A stretch of DNA of 64,000 nt from Protoeuglena noctilucae (taxonomy: Eukaryota), in assembly GCA_958009085.1 (NCBI GenBank), contig OY253669.1, positions 868,001 through 932,000 of the forward strand. Reading direction: 5' to 3'. A program made the translations under genes and the position numbers. Below are positions 23,438 to 39,700 of this stretch, piece after piece. Within the stretch, counting starts at the first letter, position 1, and each line of letters starts with the position of its first letter. The notes beneath the pieces are model-generated. The model saw nothing but the letters and a program-made list of their open reading frames with translations, was not told the origin of the DNA and searched no databases.

Positions 23438-25438
23438 ATGGGCAGCGAGCCGCCGCCCCCATGTCATGCTGGCGAGTCCAGACATGACGGGGATTTGGAT
23501 CGCAGCATCCGCGCCCTGCAGACGCGGGTTCTCGACGCCTCGGTTCGTACCCACACTCGCGTCGACGTCCCCGTCGGGCGACACGCCTTCTTCAAGGCGA
23601 ACATGGTTCACACGAACGAGTACATGGTCGAAATCGGTATGGACGCACCGCAGTCTCAAAGAGTGCATGCGCCGGCGCGCGCAAGCTGTCGACCTGGCAC
23701 CGCACCTGCTCGCAGGGGATGGCACGCTCGCGGAGCTTTCCGCGAGCCAAACGGTGGAGTTCTTGGAACGGAAGCTAGAAATGCATCGGGTGCGCTGCCA
23801 GGCTGCCGCTGCGCCTGACCAGCGAGCGCGTGGCGGGATCCAAATCCGGCATGGCTCCCTCTCGTCGTTGCAGGTCGCGACCGGGCAGCCCCCGCACGGC
23901 ATTGATGATCGCGCCAGTCACTCTGAACGAGCGACTAGCCGTCCAAGTCAGGAGCGCAATGTTCCGGGGCCGCAGACGCACGCAGGAGCCCCCAGCGTGC
24001 AGGAGATCGGCGAGCAGGTGGATGGGGAGATTGAGCCGCTGGCGCTGGACCGGTTGATCGCGGACGGGGCGCGCTTGACGGACGAAGAGGTAGAGCGGCG
24101 CAGAGAGCAGGCCCGGGAGCGGACCAGGGGTGCGCAGCAAGCGACCATGGCAGACGTGGACTGGCAGGCGGTCGAGGCGCGGGCGCTTCAAGCGGAGCGA
24201 GAGGCGGCGGCGGGCAAGGGCGGCGGGGCCGAGGGAGTGGGCCGGCAGGGCAGCGGCGTCAGCACGGACACGACACAGGGGTCGCTGACGGTGAAGAACG
24301 CCAGCGTCAAGGGGGGCCTGCAGCGGGGGTTCCTGGACCGCAGGAAGGCCCAGGCGGGCAAGGCGCCACCGACGCCGACCAAATCCCCTCGGGGCATTCG
24401 CGAAGAGCAGAGGGTGAGGGGCGGTTTGTGCTTCATGGCGTGGAGTGTGCTTGGGAACCGTTGGAGCCCCTGTACATGACACGCCATCCGCGCTGAACGC
24501 GTTGCCCTCGCGGGTGCGCCGATGATCACCCTTTGCAACATGCGGTGTCGCTCGCTGCCCCGCAGTCGTACCTGGACTTTGACAGCGAGGGGAGCTCGGT
24601 GGAGGGCGACGAGATGCCGCATCGGAGAGGCCACGTGGCCGGCCGGGGAGGGATGGCGGCGGCCTCGGCCGTGCACCGCCGGTCGGCCGCGGGTGGCGCG
24701 ACCGACGCGTCGTGCGCCCCGTTCCGTTCCTTCTCGGCGCTTCCTCAGAATCCGCGGCGCTTCCTCGAGCCCGATCGCAGCATTCTGAAGGGCTCGCCGT
24801 CGAATCTCGCACACATGCGCGACTCCCTCCGCTCCCGCGTCTCCTTCAACGCCCGGCAGTGCGTCGTCGAGGTAAGGCGCGCTGCCGGTGCCCGGCAGCA
24901 GCCGCTGCTTCGCGGTCAGTCATGCGCGACCGCCCCAGCGTCGCTTGGCCGCCCGCAGCCGGGCCGAGGGGCACATCTGGAGGAGAGCGCGGCGGTGCGG
25001 CTGGGACCGACCGTCAGCCGGATCGACGAAGTGGAGGAGTTCGAGGCGGAGGGGGGCGACGTGCGGGCGGAAGCGCCGGCAGATGCGGAAGGCGCGGCGG
25101 CGGACGGGCACCGGGAGGGCCCCAGGCCGCAGAGTCCACCTCCGGCATGCGCGTCCCCGACCGCCCAGCGCCTCAAGTCGGGGAAGATGTCGCTGCGGGA
25201 CCTCCTGCGCGCGGGCTGCTCCGTCGAGGAGGAGGACGCCGAGGGGCCGGAGGAGCAGGGCGCCGAGAGCGGCGGGGCCGAAGCGCAGGGCGAGCGTTGG
25301 CCTCAGGCGTTCACTGGGGTCGTCATGGAGCGGCCCGCGGCTCTCGAGGGTCCAGCGACCTCAGCCGTCATGGAGCCGCACCCCGAGAGCGCCGGCGTCC
25401 GGGTGTCCCGCTTCAAGCAGCAGCGTGCCCAAGCCTGA
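23438..25438 (+). CDS. URI1: Unconventional prefoldin RPB5 interactor (URI1/Bud27/RMP-like)
   Basis: Prefoldin-alpha VPVGRHAFFKANMVHTNEYMVEIG-DGTLAELSASQTVEFLERK; C-terminal AFTGVVMER and URI box RVSRFKQQR. Start codon tentative. Confidence 0.85.
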
Positions 25439-25482
25439 CGTGGCCGCGCTATTGGCCTCGGTCCGCTTCCTCTTGTGCACTT

Positions 25483-26734
25483 TCAGACCAGCGCTACCGC
25501 CTGCGGCTCCACTTTTCGGTCCTTGATGACCAGGCTTTTCTTGACCGCGTCGAACACCCTGCCGTAGCACTGCTCTGGGGTGATGCCCTCGACCATCAGG
25601 ACCTTGGAAGAGAGGCCCCGCAGCCCCCGCATGAGCTGAAAGTGCTTGAACTGGCGATTGAGGACCTGTGGACGAGGCAGGGGGGCCAGCACTCTTCTCA
25701 GGTTGCCCAAGGCAACAGTTGCAATCGGGGCCTGGGCGAGGCGCCTGCCCATGGTTGGACCTTTGCCCGAGTCGCCGCGCTCGGCAGACTCTCACCTTCC
25801 CAAAGAACTCGAATATTTCGTCCTTGGCCCGCAGACCGTCGAGCGTGTTGCGAATGGACATGCGGATGCCATCTGCCGTGATCTTCAGGACCTTGGTCAG
25901 CTTCTGGCGGTCCTCAAAATCCAACATCATCTGCGGCGACAGGAAGCGGCGGTTGTGAGAGGGTGAAGCAAGCCACGGGGCGGAGTAGGCGGGTTGCACC
26001 CGGGGCAGCGTGTGACGGCAATCTGGCACACAGGGCTTACCTGGACGCCGCCCTCCGCGGCGATGATACAGGGCGGAACCATGATCTCTAAACGCTCCGA
26101 CTCGTCGCTGTACGAGCTCAGGGCCCCGGGGAGGATGTACAGCAGTGGGCCGTCGACCTCGGTCCTGCAGGCGTGCGACAGAGGGGCAGCGGGGTAGCCG
26201 GCACGCCGCAGACCGCGCCGCGTGATCTGAAGGACTTGCATATGTGTGCCCAGGCATCCCATGCTCGGCTGGACGCCGTGGCTGGCGCGCGAAGCCCCGC
26301 CTGCCCTCACGTGTACGCCACGGGCAAAGGGCCCACTTGGAGGCGATACTGGCGCTCTGCGGTGGTGTCTCCCTCGTCCCTCTTGACGTACTTCACACCT
26401 CCGTCCGCCGTGTACAGCCGCACGATGTACTTGGTCCGGTCCAGCACCATGGCCCCGTCCGTGGCACGCCGTGGCAGCTTCTCGATGTCGCAGTCCGTCG
26501 TCATCGCGTGGCGGCCCGAGTATTTGCAGTAGTACACAAAGATCTTGTCCTCCTGCGTAAGAGCACCCAGAAGCCAACGTGAGAGAGGCAAGCAGGCGTT
26601 GCAGACCCACAGGGAGGGGCTTGCGAGCGCGCGGCTGCGAGAAGCGCAGCTCATACATGCCTTAGCTGTGCGCTCACCGGGAGGTCCTCGGCGGCAGCAT
26701 CGCTGCTGAAAGTGATGGTTTTCCGCGGCGGCAT
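25483..26734 (-). CDS. STEEP1/CXorf56-like domain fused to DUF167 (plant UPF0235 At5g63440-like)
   Basis: FVYYCKYSGRHAMTTDCDIEKLPRRATDGAMVLD, ERQYR, LYILPGAL, VPPCI, EDR..KITADGIR, MRG..SKVLMVEG, colinear with the plant protein as I remember it. Confidence 0.85.
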
Positions 26735-27197
26735 CGTGCCGCGCTACCCCGTCGTTGTGCCCTGATGGACGCCGCCCCTGACCAGCCACGCGCAGTCAGC
26801 GCTCTTCCGAGTAGCTAACAGCCGCACCGCTCGTGCAACGCCCTTTTGGCTACAACGGTGTCAGCTCTCCCAGGCGCAAACTACGTCTCACTGGGAAGGG
26901 GACGCCTCAGGTCTACTGCAGCATCACCAGATTGACCATGCGAATGACAGCCGGGTCGTTCCAAGCTCAGGAGTGACGGGAACTGTCAGCGACACTGCTG
27001 GTGCTTGCCCGTCCGCACAGAGGGTGGGGCGCCACAAGTTTTCCAGGCATTGTATCGAGCCGCAATACATGTGTCAGTGCGCGTATAGCCTTTCACAGGA
27101 CCCAGGGCGCCTATCTCGCGCGCAGCGCCCCTGCAAAGTCGTCGCCGCCATCTCGCTCGCGATTTGAGTCGAGGTCCCGCAGCGTGGCGTCCCATGG

Positions 27198-28407
27198 ATG
27201 GCATTGATGTCCGCCGACCTCGTGGCAAGCCTAGGGCGTCTGTTGTCCCGTGCCACCAGGGCTTCGTTCGTCCCAGCGTGCCACGCCGCGACTGCTCGGT
27301 TTCATGACGCGCCGCGGGGCATCCTGCGCCGAGCGCCGAGGCCATGGGCTCTGGGGAGCGTGAGCGCCCTGGCCCTGGCCCAGCGCAGTGAGCCGTGCGG
27401 ATGCAGGGCGCGGTGGCGACCCATGTCGTCGGGACCTCGGCAGGGAGTCACACCCCGGGGCCCCGCGCCGCTTTCGAGGGAGCTGGAGGTGGCCGGGGAC
27501 TCGACCAAGGCTGGTGCAGTCGATGCCAGAGGGCCTCCTGTCAAGATGGATGACTTGTGGACGGACGAGCAGAAGGCGGACGCGCGTGTCATCGACAAAA
27601 TCGTGGAGGAGGCGATGAAGGAAGGCCCGCCGAGGCGAGGAGCGCGCTGGTCGCAGAGGCTCTCCGCGCGACTGGTCGGTGTGCCAGCAGAAGACCGCTT
27701 GCGTGCTGTCGGGCGCAGGTGGCACAAGATCCTCTGGCACTACTTCAAGCGTTTCGCCCTCGCGGCCTTCATCCTGTACCTGGGCTGTGTCGCCATCCCG
27801 AACGAGATCCCGCTGCGCAAGATGCACCGGAAAAAGTGGACACGCCTGACTTTGGCAAGTGGGCGCCTGCCCTTGCGCCAACCCGCGTGCGAGCGTCATG
27901 AAACCGTCACCCCGCTCAGCCGCATTTCCTCCGCAGAATCACGCCATGTGCGAGCTCCACTACCACGACGAGGTCGTGCGGAGGCTAGGGCGGCCGTTGA
28001 AGCCCGAGCCCATCCCAGTGATGGTGCCGCGGCACGGGTCGGTCGTGCCCACCGTCATCGTCCCTTTGGGCCAGTACATCGACAAGGACGGCTACAGGCA
28101 CCACCAGGTCGAGTTCATCGTCGCAGGGCCTCGCGGGCAGGCGCGGGTCTGGGTCGACCGACTCTACCAATGTGAGCGCGGGGTGCGGCGCGCATCGAGC
28201 CCATGCCTTGCGGCGCAACTCTTAGCGCAACACCCACCCTCCGCCCCGCCCGCAGTCGAGCTGCCCTTGCGACGCTATCTGTTCCCAAAGTGGCACTTCT
28301 TCTTTGTGGATTTCGGGGACGAGAAACTCAACCTGGCACTGCCGCCGGGGCAAGAGGCCGCGCCTGGGATCAGTGCGCCCATCCAACGCCGCTGGTGGCA
28401 GTTTTAA
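27198..28407 (+). CDS. Mitochondrial inner-membrane Tim21-like protein
   Basis: Presequence, a single TM (FALAAFILYLGCVAIP), then EVVRRLGRPLK..YIDKDGYRHHQVEFIVAGPRGQARV. Confidence 0.7.
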
Positions 28408-28457
28408 ACGTGGCACCATCAACCTCTCGGCTGCTGTCAAACTGTGCCCACCGTTGT

Positions 28458-29732
28458 TCACCACCAGGACTGCTGGGGGCCATACACCAGGGTGGCCGTC
28501 TCGCGCGACGTGTCCACAACCACATAGCAAAAGTTGTTGACGTGGCTGGACGGAAACAGGGTATCGCTGCCCTCGAGGCGCACCACCCGGTACACGACGG
28601 AAAGCACGTCGATGCGGTCCTGGCCCTTGGGCCGAACGACGGAGACCAGGTCCTTGTACATGGCCTTGACCGTGGTCATGTATGGCTCGGCTCGGTCGTC
28701 GTACTGGTTCTGCAGGAAGGGCGCGGTGCTGCGCCTGAGCCCGGCGCGAGGGGCACGCCGCAGCGCCCAGCCGGCAGGGAGGCTCACCATGGCGCCTCCC
28801 AAGACGAGGTGTCTCAAGAGGCAGGCGATGAACTCGGAGGCCTCCCCGGGAGAGAAGAGGTCTGGGTAGTCCGTCTCGTCCCCACGCAGGAAGTACTCTT
28901 GCAAGGCATTGGCGACGGGCACGCCCTGGAACTGGTCGTCCATCACCCGCCGCAGGTGGCCCTGCGGAGGCGGGACCCTGACTTGGCACCGCAAACTGTG
29001 CGCACCGTCCCCAGCAGGGCCGCGCAGTGGGCATCACGATTCGCTTGCCGTGGATGGATGCACGATGGGGGGATCCGTCTCCTCCAGGCGGTCGAAGAAG
29101 GACATAGAGACGACCGTAGCAGGGACGCTCTCGTTGATGACGCGGTGCACGGGGCCTTCCAACGGTCCCCACTGCCCACCCTTGCGCATGACCTGTGGAG
29201 ACCGGTGCACGCACGCCGTCAAGCGCATATCCGCAATCGCAGACGACGAACCCTGATTGGCGATCGACAGCACTCGCCATTTCATCGTCGCCCCGGCAAG
29301 CCCGGGCCGCAGACGCTGTGCGCGACATGCTATCTTTGTCCGGGCGGCCCGCACGGGCGCCGAGCCAATATCAATGCGCTCCCTATGCGACGTGCACGTT
29401 TTCAGCACCGGCAGGCAAGAGGAGCGATGGAAACCACCAGGCGACGCTGAGGCATGGCGCATCACCCGGAAGTCCTGCCGGAAGCCGGGGTCGTTGAACA
29501 TGTCCAGCAGCATCTGGTCCGCGGCCGTCTTGTGATAGCTCCGGTCGTAGCGATAGCGGTGGACCTTGAGATTCGGCAGGAGGCCCCACTTGGTGAGGTT
29601 CGAGGTGACCATGCCATTTTGAAAGGCGCTCTTGCTGGGCGGCACAGGGTGGAAGTGACACGAGCTTGCATCCTTCCCCGACGTCGATGCCTCCTCCACG
29701 GCATCCGCCGCGACGCTGGCGGAATTAGCCAT
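28458..29732 (-). CDS. CFAP300: Cilia/flagella-associated protein 300 (C11orf70, dynein-arm assembly factor)
   Basis: NLTKWGL, VPATVVSMSFFDRL, SEFIACLLRHLVLGGAM-NQYDD, YKDLVSV, HVNNFCYVVVD. Confidence 0.9.
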
Positions 29733-30009
29733 GGTGCACGTGCACCCTGTCCGCACCGCTGGAGATCGAATGAAGACGCTTGGCGCTGCCCCGGGTAATC
29801 AGATGATACAGATATACTGAACGGCGACTTCCTGCATTGAATCGCGCTTAAATCGAGCAACAACATACACACACCATGTTCTGTCGGGGACCTGACGTCG
29901 GGGACCTGACGCACCCACCCCCTCAGCCCTCCGCGGGGTCCCACAGCGGGCGGGCCGCATATATGCAAAAAACTACGAGCCTGTAGCTGTCCGTTCGCCG
30001 GACGCTACA

Positions 30010-31185
30010 TCACTGCGGGCTCTGAGCCTTGGAAGGCCGCTCCCCGCTCTCCCACGTCGCGTTCCACTGCTTGTCGTAGAAAGTCGCCTCGTCCAGCAGC
30101 CCCTGCGACGCAGCCATTGTGAGCTGCCGTCACGAAGGCCCACGCAGAGCGGGCCAGCTGCCGCCAGGGCGGGCCTCCTGCGGCCCCTCACCTTCAGGTT
30201 CCCGATGTCCTTCACCTCCCGGATGAACAGGCAGCCGAAGATGGTCAGGTGGAGGAGGATCTTGCCGAGGAACGAGTCCTGCTGCTCGGCCAGGCCCACG
30301 CCCGTCGCCTGGTCCACCCACAGCGCGAGCACGTAGCCGAGCATGGCGGCCCGGCCGTTCACCTTCTCCGCGGTCGGCAGGTGGAAGCGCTTCACCCACA
30401 CCCACCAGGGGATCATGGACGTGTCTGGGGAGCAGCGAGGACTCACAGGCGTGACTCCCTCATCTCCTTTCTTGCTTTCCCGTGCCTCCCCGAGCAGGAA
30501 TCACGCCGCGGTATACTTACGCTGAAAAGGACATGCGAGCGGCGCTCACCAAAGTTGACGACGTCGTCGTCGAGGCAGGGGACGGGCGACTTCTCGAGCA
30601 GGGCCCGGCGCTGGATCTCAACATCCAGGACCGCGTCCCAGTCCGTCTCGCCGGTCACGGTCTTGAACTGGTTCAGGTCCCACGTGCCCTTGACCCACCT
30701 GCGGGGGAGCTAGCTGCGCCATAGGAGCCGGGGGCCAGCCCATGCATGGGTCCCCCACCCTACCCCGTTGCGACGCTGCGCCCCGGCCCCGCACTACGCC
30801 TAATCACGATAACGACCTATGGATCGCTAGTGCACGTACCGCCGGCATCGGAGAACGCGTCGGCGGGGAGCACGCCCCAAAACTCACCTTATCCACTGTG
30901 ACCGCCCTGCCTCCCGTCTACGCCGGGGGCCGCAGCGGGTCGCTCCCGCTCGGCAGAAACTCACCTGTCGTCCACGAACTTCCCGTTGACAATCTGCATC
31001 CGCGTCGCGCTCGCGGTGACCGTCTGAGCGGGCTCCTTCTCCGCCTTCACCGTCCCGCCCATCTCCAGGGGGGCGGGGCGACGAGCCACGGGCGCGGCCG
31101 GCGCATCAGTGGCCTGAGCACGCGACGCGACGGAGCGGCGCACTGCGCCCTGCAGGGAGGCAAGGGACGGGCGTGCCGCCAGCAT
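30010..31185 (-). CDS. LIL3: Light-harvesting-like protein LIL3
   Basis: DDR-WVKGTWDLNQF, TDWDAVLDVEIQRR, DTSMIPWWVWVKRFHLPTAEKVNGRAAMLG, LLDEATFYDKQWNATW. Confidence 0.93.
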
Positions 31186-31529
31186 CTCTGCGCCTCGGGA
31201 CCCTGGGGAGCGCGGGCCGGCTGGAATCCGTTGCGATGCTTCTCCGCGGCCGTAGAAGAAACACTCGATGCACGCTCGCGGCATGGGCGATCCTCTCCGC
31301 CCCTTGACGCGCGCGAAAAAGCCGATATCTGACCTTGTTTTCTGACACGAGGGCGATTTCGCTCTTCGACGGGGCTCGTGGGGGTCTTCCCATCGCACAA
31401 GTGTCGATTGCAGTGTCGAAATAGGGCCCCAGGCTCCCCGGGATCGAAGAGGCGTGATTTGCGGCGCTTGCGTTCCGGGACGAGTGACCCCGCAATATCT
31501 GAATCGCGCACGACTTGCTGGGCCATTCC

Positions 31530-32838
31530 ATGGCATCTTCCCTTTCTTGCTCCTGCGATGCGCACGTGCGTGCCCCGGCAAGGCAGCGGATGCCCCACAT
31601 GACCTGGGGCAGCCGGGGCAACGTCACGGCCCGGCCAGCGCCTGCGTTCCCCGACCATGCGCCGTCGACGAGCTGCGTCAGGAGCCCCGTTGCATCGCGG
31701 TCCGCCGTTCTTGCACGCTCGTCCGGTCGGCCAGTCGCTGTCGTCACGCGCGAGAAGGGGAAGAACGACAAGCTCGTTGCGCTGCTCGAGGTGCAGGGCG
31801 CCCCCCCGCCGTCAGTGCACGGGACGGAGAGCACGCCGCACCCTCTCACTGTCACAACTGTCTGGGACCGTCGCGTGCGCTCGCAGGAGGCAGGCATCGC
31901 GTCCGTTGAGCTGCCGCTGATCGAGCACTGCGATGGCGAGGACCGCGTGCGACTTCCGACCGTCCTGCGCCAGGAGAAGTTTGACTACGTGGCAGTCACT
32001 TCCCCCGAGGCCGCGCACGTCTTCCTCGGCGAGTCCTCGCGCAGTGCCGGGCCGTGCTAGCCAGGCAGGGCTCCTGCACTCAGCTGGCCTTGCCCCCCTG
32101 CGCAGATGGATGGCGAAAGGCAGGCAAACCTCGTCTGCGCGTCACGGTGGTCGGGGAGGGCACCGGCCGCGAGCTCCCTGCGGAGTTGGGAGACAACTTG
32201 CAACTGGCCTTCACCCCATCCAAGGTGAGCCCCAAAGCGTGCGGCTGCTGACCTGCGCTCGTGCTGACGCTCCGCCCCACCGTCCGCACTCCTCTACGCT
32301 CGCTCTCCGCCATCTCAGGCCAACGCGGTGACCCTGGCGGCAGAGCTCCCAGAAGCGGACGGAGGCGGGGGCCGCGTCCTGTACCCCTCGTCGTCCAAGG
32401 CGTCTTCAGACCTCCAGGAGGGTCTCGCAGCCCGGGGCTTCACCGTCGTCAGACTGAACACGTACAGGTGCGCGACGAGCACTGGGGCAGCAAGCGGCAG
32501 GGTGTCGATATGCAAGCCGTAGCCAGATTTTAGCAAGCGCCTCCGTGGCGCCCGCCCGCAGCACGCGCGCCGCGAGCACAGTGGATCCGGAGGCGCTGGC
32601 CCGGGCCAAGAGCGCCGATGTGCTCACGATCGGGTCTCCTTCCGCGGCGCGTGCTTGGCTGTCCGTGGCCGGGGCCCACCCGCCCGGCATGCCGGTGGCG
32701 TGCATCGGGAGCACGTCATTCGAGGCCTGCCTGAAACTGGGCTTCCCGAAAGACCTGCTCTTCTTCCCGGAGAGCCCCGGTCTTAAGGCATGGGCTGAGG
32801 TGGCGGCACTCGCAGTAGCCAGCAAGGCCCATGCCTGA
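31530..32838 (+). CDS. UROS: Uroporphyrinogen-III synthase, chloroplast
   Basis: VVTREKGKNDKL, ELPLIEH, VTSPEAAHVFL, VVGEGTG, VLYPSSSKAS, RLNTY, GSPSAARAW, ACIGSTS. Confidence 0.93.
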
Positions 32839-33372
32839 TTGGTTTGCAATCAGAAGTTTCACGCGATTCCTAATGACCTTTCAATAGTTGAAGAGGTCGC
32901 CGCGTTCGGGCGTCCGGGGTGGGAAAAGGCGGCGGAAGCTCGCGAAGCGCCGCGGGGGTGTGACCTAGGAGGGGCAGCGTGTGCGGGCATACAGGCGCTC
33001 GTGCTTGGCGCCAGGGGGACTGATTGCGGGGGAAAAGGCAGGCCACAGCCCCGGGCGGGGACTAGGAAGAAAGCATTGCGTCATTCTGAGTGCGCGGAGT
33101 CGAAAAGCCCGCACGAAAGGGCTGAGCGGCACGAAGTCGCGCGCATCCGCGCCCACAACACCGGCAGCACAGGCCGGACTCGGAGCCATGCCTGGGGAAA
33201 AACGCAGGCGGGCATCACGGCATGAAATCCATCAGCTGAGCAAGAAAGGTCGGTCCTGTGCTTTTGGCATAACAGCCAGGCCGCGCCGCGCCAAGCGCGC
33301 ACCCCTCACGGGTCGCGCTGGCACCGCGGCTGCGGGTGCAGGGCCGTTCGCGGTGCAGAACAGCTCCCGCGC

Positions 33373-36418
<3,046 letters not shown>

Positions 36419-36742
36419 TCTAGGCGCAAGGATGCCCGCGGGGGACACTACAGAAATAAGCGGCGCTATTTTGAAGCCGTGAGGGCCTCGTCGACCCAGC
36501 GCCTGGGCCTCAAGCTGCCGGGGGGGCCTGGCTGTCAGCTGAATGCACGCCAACTTTCTCCGTCGAAGGCACGCTACGCGCTAGAGAGCGATGACGCGGG
36601 GGGGATGGCCCGGGGCCGTTTATACAGTGCGAATTTCGGCTGGCAATGTGTCAGAAAAGGTGGTTTTCTGAAAGGATGAAATCTCTCGGCCCCTCCACGG
36701 CACCACCCATCCCTTCCTGGGACACGGGAAGAGGGGTGCGCG

Positions 36743-39700
36743 ATGGACTGGCTGCCGCTTCTCCAGGGATGCCTGTCCGCGGATGCGCAGGTGGGAGCAA
36801 CACCCCGCGTCTGGATCGCGCGAGCTTACGATGCGGCCGTCGTGAGCCGCTTCCCGATGCTTGCGAACGTCTCATCCAAGTCATCCCCTTCCGAGAGGCT
36901 GCGCCTGTCGATCGCCGCCGCCCCCCTTGCCGCTCAGGTCCGTGCTGCCGCGCAGCAGGAGGTCCAGAGCGCGCTGCGTGACCCCGGCGCCGTCGTGGCT
37001 CTGGTACGCCACATCGCATCGTCCTCGCCGGACGACACGCGCCAGCTCGCGGCCATCCTCCTCAAGAAGCGCGTGAGCAGGTGCCTCGCAGCCCGCGCCC
37101 CTCCTCCGGCGCTCGCCCGGCGCCCGCAGGCGCCCGCAGGCACCGACCCCGTCGCTCCCCTCGCAGTTCGTGGCGGAAACTACCAGAAGCGGACCGGGAA
37201 GAGGTCAAGCGCGTCCTCGTCGATCGCCTGCTGGCCGAGCACAGCGCGGATGTGCGGCGGTCCCTCATGGCAGCATCGGGCGCCCTGGCCCGGCGACTGG
37301 TGCCCCGCGGGGAGTGGCAGGAGCTCCTGGACTTCCTCGCTGCGTGCTGCGGGAGCGGGCAGGTGCGGCCGGCGCGGCGCTGCGGGCCTGGCCAGCGCCA
37401 GGCCACGACCCTTACGGTCTCTGCGGACGCCTTCGCAGGTGCGAGACCGGGAGGTCGGTATGGGTCTCTTCCAGCTCTTGGCCGAGGATACGGGGGACCA
37501 CCTCCGAGGGCACTACGCCGCCCTGGCTGCCCTCCTTGGGGCGGGTCTCCAGGACGCCCACGCCACCGTGCGTGCCCCCGCGGCCCGCGCAGTCGCAGCC
37601 ATGGCGTCTTGGGGTGCTGAGGTGACACGCTTGCTGGACTGACACGCTCCTGACGGTGTACGCGCACGCACCTGTGGTAAAGAAGGCGTGGAACGCCCTT
37701 GCCGCACAGCAGTCGCCGTGTTGTCAACGCAGGGCTCGGACGCAGGGCATCTGCGGGACCTTCTCTTGCTCGCCATCCGCGCCGGCAGGGACGCCCTCTC
37801 AGCACAGCGCATTCCCCGCGACGTGGTCAGCGCCGCGGTGGAGGCGCTGCTGGAAGCCATCCCGTGCCCTGCGCCAGAGGCGAGACGCGCTTAGGCAGAT
37901 ACGTCGAGCTGTGTTTGTGTCGGCCTTAGCTGTCTTGTGCGGCTCACGGGCGGTGGAGTCTGAGTCTCAGTTAGGGTGTGCATGCCTCGCTGCAGGTGCG
38001 GGGGATCATGCATGAGGCAGCGAACTTCGCCATGCAAGTGGTCGTGTCCCGGCAGCTCGACATGTCTGCGAGAGTGCAGGCATTGCAGGTCGTGGTGACT
38101 CTCGCGGAGTTCAAGCCCAAGGTGCAGTTGCCACCGCCACCGCCACCGTGACACCAATCATTGTCATTGCTGCCCTGTATGCGACCCGTCTGTCGCTGGG
38201 CCCTGCCGCGCAGCTCCTAGCCAAGCACGCCAACGTCCCGGACATCGTGCGGGCGCTGTGCCTCGTGGCCTGCGAGCCAGTGGAGGGCGAAGAGCCGGGG
38301 ACTGACTATGACGCTGACGAGGACGACGCAGCAGACGAAGACGACCCCGTCCACGTGGCACGCGCGGCCCTGGCGTCCCTGGCAGAGTCGCTCCCTCCCA
38401 AGCTCGTTGCTCCCACCGTGTTGGCCTTCCTCGAGTCGGCCTGCACGGCACACCAGCCGGAGCGGACGCGGCGGGCGGGACTGGCGGCCGTGGCGGCTGT
38501 GGCCGAGGTGTGACGCGGCGGGCCGGTTGTGCTGAGAGCGAGGGCGGCGTGGGCCTTGCAGCTGGCACACAGGGACTGTTGACAATCCCGTGCTGTCACA
38601 CCGTGGCTGCAGGGGTGCCACGAGTTGCTACGCAAGAAGGCGGGCGGCCTAATCACCGCGCTCCTCCCGATGTTCCGAGGTGAGATGCGACCTGCCGCTG
38701 TCCACCCCAGAAGAGTGTGAAGTCGATTGCACGGCCCCGACCCCGGCGTGCCCTCCCCATGCCCATCCCGCAGACCCGGCTCCTCGCGTGCGTGGCGACG
38801 CGGCGCTGACCCTTCATGTGCTGGCCGAGGCCCTGCACCCCGAGATCACCGACCACGCCGACGCTGCCCTGCCGGTCGTGCTGGAGCACACAGCCGACCA
38901 CTCCCCATCCGTCGTGCGCCGTGCGTGCTGGGCCCTTGACACCTTCACCGAGCGCCTAGGTGCGCCCCGCTCGCCCACCTGCTCTCGCTAGAGCGCCGAG
39001 GCACGTCTCTTCTCATCACCTCTGTGTTCGTCGCCCCAGGAGAGGACGTGCTGCCTTTCGTGCCTGCCGTCATGGAGCGTGTCCAGGCGCTGATGCACAC
39101 CGACGACCCGCATCTCCGAGAGCCCGTTTTGTCGGTGGTGGCGTCCGTGGCTGCCTCAGCCGAGGGACACTTCGCGCCCCACGCCGAGGCGCTCCTGCCC
39201 CTCATGCCCCACCTGATGGCGGCCTCGGGCCCCGGGGCCCCAGAGGTCCGCGCCCGCGCCACAGAGTGCGCAGGCCTGCTCCTCTCCTGCTTGGGCCCCG
39301 ACCGGGCCGTGACGCTCGCCCAGGAGCCGGCGCGGGTGGCGCTGCAGGCGCTGGCGTCGACCAGCAGCCACGAACTGCGTGAGTATTGCTTTGGGTTCTT
39401 TGGACAGCTCGCGGAAGCGGCCCCGGCCCTGGCTGGGGATGTCTTGGCTGCGGTGCTGCCCGCGGCACTGGCGGCGACGGAGCAAGACGACGGTGCGCCT
39501 ACGCGGGTGGGCCCGGGGGGCGGTGGCAGGGGTGGCGGGGCAGGCGAATCGTCGGGGGCTGAGGGCAGCGACAGCGACGACGAGGACGATTCAGCATTGC
39601 AGCTGGCGGCGGTGCGGACGGGCCTGGTGGAGGAGAAGTGCGCTGCGACGCAGTGCATCGGCAAGCTGGCGGGGGCGGCGGGGGCGGCATTCGGACCGTC

